Assembly: GCA_002269645.1 (NCBI GenBank)
Contig: NIVC01002600.1
Location: 1-64,000 of the forward strand
Length of the DNA: 64,000 nucleotides
Reading direction: 5' to 3'
Source of the DNA: Macrostomum lignano
Lineage: Eukaryota
The notes under the pieces are model-generated. The model worked only from the letters and a program-made list of their open reading frames with translations, had not been told where the DNA came from and ran no database searches. The position numbers were made by a program, and so were the translations under genes. This document shows positions 38,085 to 61,339 of the stretch, piece by piece. Every line of letters begins with the position of its first letter. The stretch's first letter is position 1.

Positions 38085-39657
38085 TGGGCCATAGAATAGG
38101 AGTCTGAGCCATAGAATAGGAGTTTGAGCCATGTACTAGGAGTCTGAGCCATAGAATGAGACTCTGACACATAGAATAGGAGTCTGAGCCATAGAATAGG
38201 AGACTGAGCCATAGAATGAGACTCTGACCCATAGAATAGGAGTCTGAGCCATAGAATAGGAGTCTGAGCCATAGAATAGGAGTCTGAGCCATAGAATAGG
38301 AGTCTGAGCCATAGAATAGGAGTCTGAGCCATAGAATAGGAGTCTGAGCCATAGAATAGGAGACTGAGCCATAGAATGAGACTCTGATCCATAGAATAGG
38401 AGTCTGAGCCATAGAATAGGAGTCTGAGCCATAGAATAGGAGTCTGAGCCATAGAATAGGAGTCTGAGCCATAGAATAGGAGTCTGAGCCATAGAATAGG
38501 AGACTGAGCCATAGAATGAGACTCTGACCCATAGAATAGGAGTCTGAGCCATAGAATAGGAGTCTGAGCCATAGAATAGGAGTCTGAGCCATAGAATAGG
38601 AGTCTGAGCCATAGAATAGGAGTCTGAGCCATAGAATAGGAGACTGAGCCATAGAATGAGACTCTGACCCATAGAATAGGAGTCTGAGCCATAGAATAGG
38701 AGTTTGAGCCATAGAATAGGAGTCTGAGCCATAGAATAGGAGTTTGAGCCATAGAATAGGAGTCTGAGCCATAGAATAGGAGTCTGAGCCATAGAATAGG
38801 AGTCTGAGCCATAGAATAGGAGACTGAGCCATAGAATGAGACTCTGACCCATAGAATAGGAGTCTGAGCCATAGAATAGGAGTTTGAGCCATAGAATAGG
38901 AGTCTGAGCCATAGAATAGGAGTCTGAGCCATAGAATAGGAGTTTGAGCCATAGAATAGGAGTCTGAGCCATAGAATAGGAGTTTGAGCCATAGAATAGG
39001 AGTCTGAGCCATAGAATAGGAGTTTGAGCCATAGAATAGGAGTCTGAGCCATAGAATAGGAGTCTGAGCCATAGAATAGGAGTCTGAGCCATAGAATAGG
39101 AGTCTGAGCCATATAATAGGAGTTTGGGCCATAGAATAGGAGTCTGAGCCATAGAATAGGAGTCTGAGCCATAGAATAGGAGTTTGAGCCATAGAATAGG
39201 AGTCTGAGCCATAGAATAGGAGTTTGAGCCATAGAATAGGAGTCTGAGCCATAGAACAGGAGTCTGAGCCATAGAATAGGAGTCTGAGCCATAGAATAGG
39301 AGTCTGAGCCATATAATAGGAGTTTGGGCCATAGAATAGGAGTCTGAGCCATAGAACAGGAGTCTGAGCCATAGAATAGGAGTCTGAGCCATAGAATAGG
39401 AGTCTGAGCCATAGAATAGGAGTTTGAGCCATAGAATAGGAGTCTGAGCCATAGAATAGGAGTTTGAGCCATAGAATAGGAGTCTGAGCCATAGAACAGG
39501 AGTCTGAGCCATAGAATAGGAGTCTGAGCCATAGAATAGGAGTCTGAGCCATAGAATAGGAGTCTGAGCCATAGAATAGGAGTCTGAGCCATATAATAGG
39601 AGTTTGGGCCATAGAATAGGAGTCTGAGCCATAGAATAGGAGTCTGAGCCATAGAAT
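38085..39657 (+). repeat. 20-bp minisatellite GCCATAGAATAGGAGTCTGA
   Basis: Direct reading. Confidence 0.98.
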
Positions 39658-40189
39658 GCGACCTTTTGAGTTACCCCCCATAGAATTCTTAAAAGTGGGA
39701 CAATCGCAGAAACTATAAGAAAAACTGCATGACTCAGGCCACCCGAATCCGAGGTCATCTGGATTCCTAAAAGACAAAGGTTGAAATCATCATCAGATCT
39801 TGTCTGTCGCTTTGCGCGTGCCCTGCTTCTGCAAGAAATTCCATCGACAATTGACCAGAGGGGAGGCAGCTGGTTCAAGAGGATTTGTGAAATATTCCTT
39901 GTCAGGAATGATGATAAGCCACACCCCAGGGGGTGAAGCGTTGACCCTTAAGCCGCGCCAAGTATGCGCGCCTTGTGGGGGGCAGTTCTGGAATGCCGGC
40001 GATTCCTGGAAATAAGTAGCCGACCCATTCATGGAAAAAGTAGGTTCACTCAATTGCAAAGCATTCTGAATTCTTATAGAATTTAGAGTTGACCAGATTT
40101 TAAACGCGACAAAAAGATAAGTTCAGTTGAATTGCTTTTGGGATTCGTTTCTGGAGAGAGGGCCAATCGATTCATACTCGTAGAAATGC

Positions 40190-41210
40190 AAAAATTGATT
40201 CTTAGAAATTCAGCAATCGATTCTTAGAATTGAAAATAATCGATTTCTAGATTTGAAAATAATCGATTCTTAGAAATGAAAATAATCGATTTCTAGAGTT
40301 GAAAGCAATCGATTCTTAAAATTGAAGCAATCGATCTTAGAATTGAAAATAATCGATTTCTAGAATTGAAAATAATCTATTCTTAGAATTGAAGCAATCG
40401 ATTCTTAGAATTGAAGCAATCGATTCTTAGAATTGAAGCAATCGATTCTTAAAATTGAAGCAATCGATTCTTAGAATTGAAGCAATCGATTCTTAGAATT
40501 GAAGCAATCGATTCTTAGAATTGAAGCAATCGATTCTTAGAATTGAAGCAATCGATTCTTAGAATTGAAGCAATCGATTCTTAGAATTGAAGCAATCGAT
40601 TCTTAGAATTGAAGCAATCGATTCTTAGAATTGAAGCAATCGATTCTTAAAATTGAAGCAATCGATTCTTAGAATTGAAGCAATCGATTCTTAAAATTGA
40701 AGCAATCGATTCTTAGAATTGAAGCAATCGATTCTTAGAATTGAAGCAATCGATTCTTAGAATTGAAGCAATCGATTCTTAGAATCCAAGCAATCGATTA
40801 ATCAATTCCTAGAAAAGAGGAAAGAGAAAAGAAAAGAGAAAAGAGAAATTCTTAGAATTGAAGCAATCGATTCTTAGAATTGAAGCAATCGATTCTTAGA
40901 ATTGAAGCAATCGATTCTTAGAATTGAAGCAATCGATTCTTAGAATTGAAGCAATCGATTCTTAGAATTGAAGCAATCGATTCTTAAAATTGAAGCAATC
41001 GATTCTTAGAATTGAAGCAATCGATTCTTAAAATTGAAGCAATCGATTCTTAGAATTGAAGCAATCGATTCTTAGAATTGAAGCAATCGATTCTTAGAAT
41101 TGAAGCTATCGATTCTTAGAATTGAAGCAATCGATTCTTAGAATTGAAGCAATCGATTCTTAGAATCCAAGCAATCGATTAATCAATTCCTAGAAAAGAG
41201 GCAATTGGTT
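40190..41210 (+). repeat. 22-bp minisatellite AATCGATTCTTAGAATTGAAGC
   Basis: Direct reading; an interrupting block AATCCAAGCAATCGATTAATCAATTCCTAGAAAAGAGG recurs near 40783 and 41164. Confidence 0.96.
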
Positions 41211-42369
41211 CTTAAAAATAAACAAATTGGTTGCTTGAAGAAATTAAATAGATTCCTAGAAAACTAAATATGAAGAAACCATATTTACTGACATAAATAT
41301 AAAGACCCTAAACTTAGATAATCGATTCCTAGAAATCCAGCTATCGATTCCAAGAAAAGAATGCTTTTAATTATATCGATTCTAAGGATACAATGCGATT
41401 CTTAGAAACAAAACGACTGACTAAAATATAATAATTTTGATTTCAGCACATAAACATTTGTATTTTTTGCTTATTTAAAAAAATCCTGCTGCTTGATACA
41501 AACGGTTCAACTTGTTTTGATCCCATGAAGAAGCCGCTCTGTCGCTTAGCCTTTAATAAGCTCCCGCTTTCTCCCCTATTTCCCACTCTGTGATCCCCGC
41601 AATCACAGCTGACTGAAGAAGTTCGAGGCGAGCAGAGAATTTCGGGATTTTTGCGCCGCCACGCGCGCCTCAGATCCGTCTGTTCTCCCAGAAGCCAATT
41701 ATCCCCTCAAGATTAAGCGGCCGAGATTTGAGCCAGTGTCGGAGCTAACTGAGATATCCCACTGCTAGTCAAGTTCCGGGGAAAATGCCCGATGCTATAA
41801 GCAGGTTTTTAAGGATGGATTTCAAAGCTCAGGCAGCCAGCGAAGTCAATTTCAGAAATTACATTTTGATGCGAGAAAAATCCTTTAAGCCCTGCTCCTC
41901 TCCATCTGATCCCCTTTTCTGGAATTCCTCCAGAGTTTACTCCCCAGCGGATCGGGCCCTGAGTCGGGTAAATCCACTGCTCATTCCTGAGCCGCGGCAC
42001 TTGGCCCTTGAGACTCGCCGAGATCGGACAGGCCTTCAGGATGAGAATTATAGAATTAACCAATTTGCTGATTGCCGCGCGAGTTACACAGTCTGGCCCG
42101 TCTTGGCCCCGACTTTGTTAGATAATCGCCGACACTCGCCTCCCCTCTGTCTGCGGCCTGTCAGTCTTCTGTCTTATAAGCATTTCATCCTGAAACTCTT
42201 GCCGGCTCTTTGCCGAATTTGTTTGCATTTTGCAAAGCTCCGATCTTCGTTGGACAGCTGCTTTTTCGGCCAGATGGACATGACACTGCGACCTGCCCGG
42301 GGGTCCGCGCTGGAACCGCTGACAGCTATGCGTCTGGGTGAGCTCCTGTTGCGATTCTTTTTATTACCC

Positions 42370-42760
42370 AATGACCATTTTGATTCATTTTCATGACCTA
42401 ATGACCATTCAAAAATTTTAATGGCCCAATGATCATTTGAAACAAATTTTAGGACCTTATGACCATCTTGATACATTTTTATGACCCAATGACCATTTGG
42501 ATCAATTTTTATGACCCAATGACCCTTACAAACAAATTTTATGACACCAATGACCATTTTTATCCATTTTAATGACCCAATGACCATTTTTATCCATTTT
42601 AATGACCCAATGACCATTCGAACAATTTTTATGACCCAATGACCATTTGGATGATTTTTTGAGCCAACGATTCTTATTACCAATTGTTATGACCTATTGA
42701 CCCTATTGATTAATTAATGACCTAATGACCCTTCTGATCCATTTTTCGACTCATAAATAT
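42370..42760 (+). repeat. Degenerate ATGACCCAATGACCATTT repeat
   Basis: Direct reading. Confidence 0.8.
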
Positions 42761-43274
42761 GGCACTAGTTTATCCAACTACGAGTATTAACTCCATGACC
42801 TGTGACCCCTTGAAGAGGGGCAACCTATCGAATCATTTTATTCGCTTCTATGGCCCATGACCCTTTTGATATTTCTATGAGCTATGGCTCTCAGAAATCT
42901 TATGACCGATAATCCAATCTTCATATCGCTGACCTGTCTCCTGGACAGAAAATCTCTCAGAAACCTTCAGTTGCATTTCAATCACTTATTTGTGCAAGAT
43001 TTCAACCGGAAACTGGCCACGCTGCCACAATTTGTGTACTCAAGAATCACTGAACTACTCGCGAGGGAAAATTATCCCTATTTGCCGCAGCTGTGACCGG
43101 TTCGTGATTGAGTAGCCACAAGGATTAGAATGGATTTGCAGTTGGCGGGACAAACAATGGGAAGGGAGATTTTTGGATTGCCAATTCTATTTGAAGAGGA
43201 AACAAGCGTGGAAAATTTCTTCTTTCGTAAGAGAAGTTCTGAAAAAGTTATTGAGCCAAAATTATCTGTTCATT

Positions 43275-43950
43275 GCAGTGAGAGTGGGAGAATTCTCCCA
43301 ACTGAGACTGCAGTGAGAGTGGGAGAATTCTCCCAACTGAGATTGCAGTGAGAGTGGGAGAATTCTCCCAACTGAGACTGCAGTGAGAGTGGGAGAATTC
43401 TCCCAACTGAGATTGCAGTGAGAGTGGGAGAATTCTCCCAACTGAGACTGCAGTGAGAGTGGGAGAATTCTCCCAACTGAGATTGCAGTGAGAGTGGGAG
43501 AATTCCCCAACTGAGATTGCAGTGAGATTGGGAGAATTCCCCAACTGAGATTGCAGTGATATAGGGTGAATTCCCCAACTGAGATTGTAGTGAGATCGGA
43601 AGAATTCCCCAACTGAGATTGCAGTGAGATCGGGCGAATTCCCCAACTGAGATTGCAGTGAGATCGGGCGAATTCCCCAACTGAGATTGCAGTGAGAGTG
43701 GGAGAATTCTCCCAACTGAGATTGCAGTGAGAGTGGGAGAATTCTCCTAACTGAGATTGCAGTGAGAGTGGGAGAATTCTCCCAACTGAGATTGCAGTGA
43801 GATCGGGCGAATTCCCCAACTGAGATTGCAGTGAGAGTGGGAGAATTCCCCAACTGAGATTGCAGTTAGAGTGGGAGAATTCCCCAACTGAGATTGCAGT
43901 GAGAGTGGGAGAATTCCCCAACTGAGATTGCAGTTAGAGTGGGAGAATTC
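43275..43950 (+). repeat. 35-bp minisatellite containing the 16-bp palindrome TGGGAGAATTCTCCCA
   Basis: Unit GTGAGAGTGGGAGAATTCTCCCAACTGAGATTGCA. Confidence 0.96.
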
Positions 43951-44457
43951 TAGACCAAACTAGAAATAGTTCCCCAATTTTCACTGCACAGCTTCCAAAA
44001 AATCATGAAGGAAAAAATGAAACTCCCGTATTATCAAAAGCAGAAAGTTCCCCTCAACAATCAATTCTCCCACCAGAGCCGCTCAAGCCTGGTCGCGGAA
44101 GCCGGCTTTAATCTCCAAGCACCGCGAATTGCAGCCTCAGTGCTCCATCACTCGGCCCTGTTGCCAGGCCGCCTTAGATTAACGGGCTGCAAAGATTTGC
44201 TTGATCCCATCTGGGGGATGGCGGGTGAAGCTGGGGAGGGGCAGACGCTGATGCAGATGTTTCCCGGCAAAGGGATTCTGAGCAGGCCACCGGGTGTCGG
44301 GAGAACCCGCTCAGGCGTGGAAGCAACTGGACAGTGAAGGAAATTTTCTTGCAAAATCTGCTTCACGACTTAATCTTGCTGGCCCAATCTGGCTTGGGCT
44401 TCATCTTGATTGGCCTCCCGGCTTGTCGCAGATGGCTGTCTTGAATGACGGACGAGC

Positions 44458-44980
44458 TCAGCTGACTGTCTGACTCTCATCTGGTATCTCTCTGCTGAGT
44501 GTCTGACTCTCATCTGGTATCTCTCTGCTGACTGTCTGACTCTCATCTGGTATCTCTCTGCTGACTGTCTGATTCTCATCTGGTATCTCTCTGCTGACTG
44601 TCTGACTCTCATCTGGTATCTCTCTACTGAGTGTCTGACTCTCATCTGCATGGTATCTCTCTGCTGACTGTCTGACTCTCATCTGGTATCTCTCTGCTGA
44701 CTGTCTGACTCTCATCTGGTATCTCTCTGCTGACTGTCTGACTCTCATCTGATATCTCTGCTCAGTGTCTGACTCTCATCTGATATCTCTGCTCAGTGTC
44801 TGACTCTCATCTGATATCTTTGCTCAGTGTCTGACTCTCATCTGATATCTCTGCTCAGTGTCTGACTCTCATCTGATATCTCTGCTCAGTATCTGACTCT
44901 CATCTGATTTCTCTCTGCTGACTGTCCGACTCTCATCTGATATCTCTCTGCTGACTGTCTGACTCTCATCTGATATCTCT
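44458..44980 (+). repeat. 33-bp repeat CTCTCATCTGGTATCTCTCTGCTGACTGTCTGA
   Basis: Direct reading; 11-aa periodicity. Confidence 0.95.
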
Positions 44981-45759
44981 CAATCCCTCAGAGGCAAGAA
45001 GTAGAAGTAGGTAGATGAGAAGTAGTTGAAAGGTGGAGAGCTAAGTAAAGAGAGAAGTAGACAGGGAAGTAGACAGCGGAGTTGATACCGGGAGTAGCGA
45101 AGCCAAGAAATCTATCAGAGATTGCCTCGCTATTGGAGCTGAAAAATTCACCCAGGCAAAATCTTAGAGATATGATCCCCCAACACGAAAGCAGAGAGAG
45201 ACAGACAGAATCTTGCCCGCGCGCAATGAAGAAGAAGTGTGAGCAACTGCTGCAGAAGGAAACTTCGCAGGCTCAGCTGCCCTAGCGCGCCATCATTCCC
45301 GATGAGAAGCTCTTTGCTTATTAAAGTCGCCGGGGCGGTAATCCCCGAACGAGAGGCGGAGCGGCGGTCAAGGCGGCGCTGGAACGGTCGAAGGATTAAC
45401 AGCTTATGAATATATCTGGGGCCCGATTTCCATTTAAATTAGCAAGGAAAAGAGAGAGAGAATGGTGAGCGAGGGAACGGATTTCTGCCGACAACGCGAG
45501 TCCCGTCAGATTCTTGTCTTGAGAAGCTCTGTCACCGCGCACGCTCCTATGGCGGGATGCGCGAGAACTCAGAAGTGATTGAGATAGCTTCTGCTGCGGC
45601 ATGCTCCATCCGATTTTAGCTAAATGCTTCATCTTCCTGCCTTAATCTGATACTTGCGACCGATCTCCAGATATTTTGGTGTTCTTTTAATTATATTTCT
45701 TCTTTTGTTCTTGGAATGGTCTCACTTTAGCAACTTCTCTTCAATTTATAATCTCCTCC

Positions 45760-46100
45760 CATCATCTCCTTTCCTCTCTTCCTCCCCCTCTTTCCCTCTT
45801 TATCCTCTTCTTCTCCCTCTTCATTCCCTCTTCTCCCTCTTCATTCCCTCTTCCCCCTCTTCACCCCCTCTTCCCTCTCTTCATCTCCCTCTTCCCTCTC
45901 TTCACCCCCTCTTCCCTCTCTTCATCTCCCTCTTCCCTCTCTTCATCTCCCTCTTTCCTCTCTTCATCCCCTCTTCCCTCTCTTCACCCCCTCTTCCCTC
46001 TCTTCATCGCCCTCTTCCCTCTCTTCATCTCCCTCTTCCCTCTCTTCACCCCCTCTTCCCTCTCTTCACCCCCTCTTCCCTCTCCTCACCCACCTCTTCC
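45760..46100 (+). repeat. Polypyrimidine repeat CCCTCTTCCCTCTCTTCAT
   Basis: Direct reading. Confidence 0.9.
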
Positions 46101-46769
46101 CATGGGTTTCCATCTCTATTTCTATGCCTCATTTAAAACTTTGATTTCCGCTTCCAAATTGCTCGCACAGTGCAGAGTGTGCATTTTTGCAAGAAAATAT
46201 ATTTTGCAACGCTACAGCAGGTCATAATAAAGCGAAAGTAATAATATGTTAGTTTATCCACGTGTCAAAGCCACGCGCTTGCATTGCGAGTCAGTATATC
46301 AGCAGGCAGAGTGACCGCGGCAGACAAAAAACTCAATAACGATGGCCAAACACGCTGTCACCCCATCAATTCCGCCACTGCCGCTGCAAATTCAACAACC
46401 TGTCGGCCACTTGTACACTGGCACCAAACATGACTTGTTTGAAACTGACTTCTTTTGCCAGCTGACTGACTGGCTGGCTGGCTTATATAGAATTCGACTG
46501 TCTCGAGTGCCACTTCAGACTTGGGATTCGGAGAGGGGATTTGAAGTGGACGCCAGGCTCCAGAAATGGCCTTCTTCGGGATTTTAGGATCATGGCGCGT
46601 GTACGTTGCACTGTATTTATTTTTTTTGCTGCAGCAAGTGTTCGAGTGTGCTGGCGACATTTCAATTTTGATTTTTTACAAGTGTATTGTCATCCGCTTT
46701 CGGGGCGATTGCTGGTAATTTAGATTCAAACAGCATTTTCATGTTACAGGTTCTCCAATAGGGAATTTT

Positions 46770-47715
46770 CTCATGGGTTCTAACAGGGTTTTTTCATGGG
46801 TTCCAACAGGGTTTTCTCATGGGTTCCAACAGGGTTTTCTAATGGGTTCAAACAGGGTTTTCTCATGGGTTCTAACAGGGTTTTCTCATGGGTTCTAACA
46901 GGGTTTTCTCATGGGTTCCAACAGGGTTTTCTCATGGGTTCTAACAGGGTTTTCTCTTGGGTTCTAACAGGGTTTTCTCATGGGTTCTAACAGGGTTTTC
47001 TCATGGGTTCTAACAGGGTTTTCTCATGGGTTCTAACAGGGTTTTTTCATGGGTTCTAACAGGGTTTTCTCATGGGTTCTAACATGGTTTTTTCATGGGT
47101 TCCAACAGGGTTTTCTCATGGGTTCCAACAGGGTTTTCTCATGGGTTCCAACAGGGTTTTCTCATGGGTTCCAACAGGGTTTTCTCATGGGTTCCAACAG
47201 GGTTTTCTCATGGGTTCTAACATGGTTTTTTCATGGGTTCCAACATGGTTTTCTCATGGGTTCTAACAGGGTTTTCTCATGGGTTCCAACCGGGATTTTT
47301 CATGGGTTCCAACAGGGTTTTCTCACTCCAACAGGGTTTTCTCATGGGTTCCAACAGGGTTTTTTCATGGGTTACATGATTCCCTCGTGATCCAACAGGG
47401 ATTTCAACAGGTGATCCAACAGGGATTCGAACAAGGTGATCCAACAGGGATTCCAACAAGGTGATCCAACAGGGATTTCAACAAGGTGATCCAACAGGGA
47501 TTTCAACAGGTGATCCAACAGGGATTCCAACAGGTGATCCAACAGGGATTCCAACAGGTGATCCAACAGGGATTCCAACAAGGTGTTCCAACAGGGATTC
47601 CAACAAGGTGATCCAACAGGGATTTCAACAAGGTGATCCAACAGGGATTTCAACAGGTGATCCAACAGGGATTCCAACAGGTGGTTCAACCGTTGGTTCA
47701 ACAAGAATTCCAACC
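46770..47715 (+). repeat. Two fused arrays: 23-bp CATGGGTTCCAACAGGGTTTTCT then 24-bp GTGATCCAACAGGGATTCCAACAG
   Basis: Direct reading; shared CCAACAGGG core, switch near 47375. Confidence 0.93.
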
Positions 47716-48337
47716 TCAGTTATACAGAAGGCAGACATCAATGACAGATACTTGCAAAATCACTTCTAAAAAATGACCCACGCGTCTCTGTCCTCCCCAA
47801 ATGTTGGCAGAACTGGTTAAAAAGGCATTACATATGGAATAAACTAGAACTACCGGTAGACCTACCGGTAGCTGCTAATAAAACAAGGATGGTTTTTAAA
47901 GGCATAACTAACTCAGCGGGGGGGCCTCCTGTGCATGATGCGCCATTGACAAGCGATGGAGCCTGCAATTATGCATTATTAGAACTGCCGGACAAGCTAA
48001 TAACCTATACAGAGGAGTCTGAGCGAGATGCAGATGAGGCATTAGAGTGAGCTGTAGTCAAGCTTTCTTATGAAGGGGGAGGGGGTTGGCGCTGCTACAA
48101 TGAAGGCTTAAGTGCCCCTCCGTAAGTCAGCGGGGGTTAAAAGTTAGGGAGAATATTTGAGAGGCGGAGAGAGGGCGGCGGGCGGCCCCGCCGCATGGCC
48201 TGGCCGATTTTCGCGCAGCGGGTGGCGCCTCCGAGATGGCGCCGAGCCTGGGGCAGCTGGCGCTGCATGGCGCCACAGCAGTCTGCGAGGCTGCAACTGC
48301 AGGAGCGGCTTGTTCTATGGGCGTAGTATAGTCAGAA

Positions 48338-49510
48338 ACGGCGCCTCAGTTAGATTCAGAAATGGCGCCTCAGTTAGATTCAGAAATGGCGCCTCAGTTA
48401 GATTCAGAAATGGCGCCTCAGTTAGATTCAGAAATGGCGCCTCATTTGAACTCAGAAATGGCGCCTAATTTAAATTCAGAAATGGCGCCTCAGTTAGATT
48501 CAGAAATGGCGCCTCAGTTAGATTCAGAAATGGCGCCTCATTTGAACTCAGAAATGGCGCCTAATTTAAATTCAGAAATGGCGCCTCAGTTAGATTCAGA
48601 AATGGCGCCTCATTTAAATTCAGAAATGGCGCCTCAGTTAGATTCAGAAATGGCGCCTCAGTTAGATTTGGAACTGAGTCAGGTAGATTCAGAAATGGCG
48701 CCTCAGTTAGATTTGGAACTGAGTCAGGTAGATTCAGAAATGGCGCCTCAGTTAGATTTGGAACTGAGTCAGGTAGATTCAGAAATGGCGCCTCAGTTAG
48801 ATTTGGAACTGAGTCAGGTAGATTCAGAAATGGCGCCTCAGTTAGATTTGGAACTGAGTCAGGTAGATTCAGAAATGGCGCCTCAGTTAGATTTGGAACT
48901 GAGTCAACTAGATTCAGAAATGGCGCCTCACTTAGATTTGGAACTGAGTCAGGTAGATTCAGAAATGGCACCTCACTTAGATTTGGAACTGAGTCAACTA
49001 GATTCAGAAATGGCGCCTCACTTAGATTTGGAACTGAGTCAGGTAGATTCAGAAATGGCGCCTCACTTAGATTTGGAACTGAGTCAGGTAGATTCAGAAA
49101 TGGCGCCTCACTTAGATTTGGAACTGAGTCAGGTAGATTCAGAAATGGCACCTCACTTAGATTTGGAACTGAGTCAACTAGATTCAGAAATGGCGCCTCA
49201 CTTAGATTTGGAACTGAGTCAGGTAGATTCAGAAATGGCACCTCACTTAGATTTGGAACTGAGTCAGGTAGATTCAGAAATGGCGCCTCACTTAGATTTG
49301 GAACTGAGTCAGGTAGATTCAGAAATGGCACCTCACTTAGATTTGGAACTGAGTCAGGTAGATTCAGAAATGGCGCCTCACTTAGATTTGGAAATGGCGC
49401 CTCAACTAGATTTGGAAATGGCGCCTCAGTTAGATTTGGAAATGGCGCCTCAGCTAGATTTGGAATGGTGCTTTAGTCAGACTTGAGAATGAGATTGGCG
49501 CCTCAATCAG
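48338..49510 (+). repeat. 24-bp TCAGAAATGGCGCCTCAGTTAGAT array converting to a 45-bp unit and then a 21-bp unit
   Basis: Direct reading; SEMAPQLD then SEMAPQLDLELSQVD periodicity. Confidence 0.95.
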
Positions 49511-49699
49511 ACTAGGAATTGGAGCTCCCCATCTAAATAAAATGCTCATTGTACTCGTAGTTGCTCAGACTGTTTTGAAGTTGAATTTTGAATTTTGAAC
49601 CTATACCCCTTATAACCATAACTCCGAATGCAAATTTTCTACCAGTTTTTGGAGACCAGCAATGAAAAGCTGGCAAGACTGGCTTCCCAGCCAATGGGA

Positions 49700-50290
49700 T
49701 TCGTCGTTTCCGCATGGTTTTTCCCAAATCAAGGCGGAGACGGCGGGGCGGGCAGCCATTGGGCGGGGAGCGGGGGCGGGGTCGGGCAGAGGGTTGGAGC
49801 CCCTGCGATTGTCCATCTTAAGCCTGGGAAAATCTCGCCCGGGATTAAAAACTTGCAGTGGCGCAACAATAACGGTCCCTGGTCCTCTTCATTGATCCTC
49901 TTTTTGAGCGAGTGATCCCATAGGCTTAGCCGGCCGTCGCCAATACCGCTAAATCTCCCTCCGATCCCCATCCTAGCCAGCCTTCCCCGCCGGTTTTCTT
50001 ATTCGAAGTCTAAGCAGTTTCTCGCGCTGAAATCCTCCCGAATCTCCCTTGAAATCCCGCGGTTTTTCTCCTTGGTGAGGAGAAATCCCTTCGACCTAGC
50101 GCCAGCCTTTCTCTCGCTTTCTCTCTCGCGCTAATTCTCTGTCTCAGGGGGGCGCATTTGTCCCTGGGATTGGAGAGGATCAGAACTGAGACTCGCCGCC
50201 GCGTTGTCTTAATCGTCTCGGGCCTATCGAGCGCCAAGACTCTCTTCTAATAGGGATCCGCCCGGCCATCTTCCCATTTTTCCCTTCGGG
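49700..50290 (+). promoter_or_regulatory. CpG-rich presumptive Pitx promoter/5' UTR region
   Basis: GC-rich non-repetitive sequence directly upstream of the ATG; GGGCGG-type boxes and GGATTA at 49842. TSS not determinable. Confidence 0.4.
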
Positions 50291-60436
<10,146 letters not shown>

Positions 60437-60554
60437 CTGGCTGGCAACTCTTCCTGACCTTCGCTGACCTTTCTCTGACCTTGTTTGATCTCGATTACTG
60501 GGGCGGAGCGGCTGGTGTGGCAGCGTTGCGGAAACGAGGGAAGGAAATCAGTTA

Positions 60555-60790
60555 CTGACCTCAAATGACCCCGGGAAATCATTGACTGACCTTAAATGAC
60601 CCGGGAAATAAGAGACTGACCTTAATTGACCCGGGGAAATCACTGACTGACCTCAAATGACCCGGGGAAATCACTGACTGACCTCAAATGACCCGGGGAA
60701 ATCACTGACTGACCTCAAATGACCCGGGGAAATCACTGACTGACCTCAAATGACCCGGGGAAATCACTGACTGACTTCAAATGACCCGGG
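60555..60790 (+). repeat. 31-32-bp repeat ACTGACCTCAAATGACCCGGGGAAATCACTG in the presumptive Pitx 3' UTR
   Basis: Direct reading; 8 units. Confidence 0.93.
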
Positions 60791-61339
60791 AAGAGGAATT
60801 GAGACAAGACTGTCCGCAAATGCTGCTAGTGAAGGACCCACTAAACGTAGATCTGATCAATCGATATTTTGCAGTAACTTGTCAATCGGCATCAACTACT
60901 CACACGTGAAATGCAATTGTTACATGTACATGTCTAATTTGTCTACCCTAATTACCATGTCTTGCATACGAACTGTAAACTCCGCTTAAAGATGGTAATA
61001 TATTACGTAATCAATCGAACACAAAGCACTTTGACAAGCGCATGCGTCCGTAAATGAAACTGCTGTCAATTTTTACATGCTTTTGCGAGCAGTGCTTGAA
61101 GCAATTCTCAATTGCTTTTCCAAATACTTAAAAAGCCTCAACACCCAACCATTGCCTGCTCATAAAACTGGAGCTGCTGTAGCCCTTAGTATTTTTTCTC
61201 AGCAAAGCTGACTGCGGCCGCTGAGCTGCACCGCTCTCTGAGCCATTTTCAAGCAAGGTGAGCTGCTCCTTTCTGTGTAGCCTGCACCCCACCCCCAGTT
61301 TGCCCTTCATCGTAACCAACTCAAATATAAAAATGCATA

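Noticed and set aside
39793-46723. Short ORFs in unique islands upstream of Pitx (39793-40059, 41785-42396, 44005-44337, 46342-46587)
   Set aside because: No recognisable domains or consistent splice chain; treated as non-coding.
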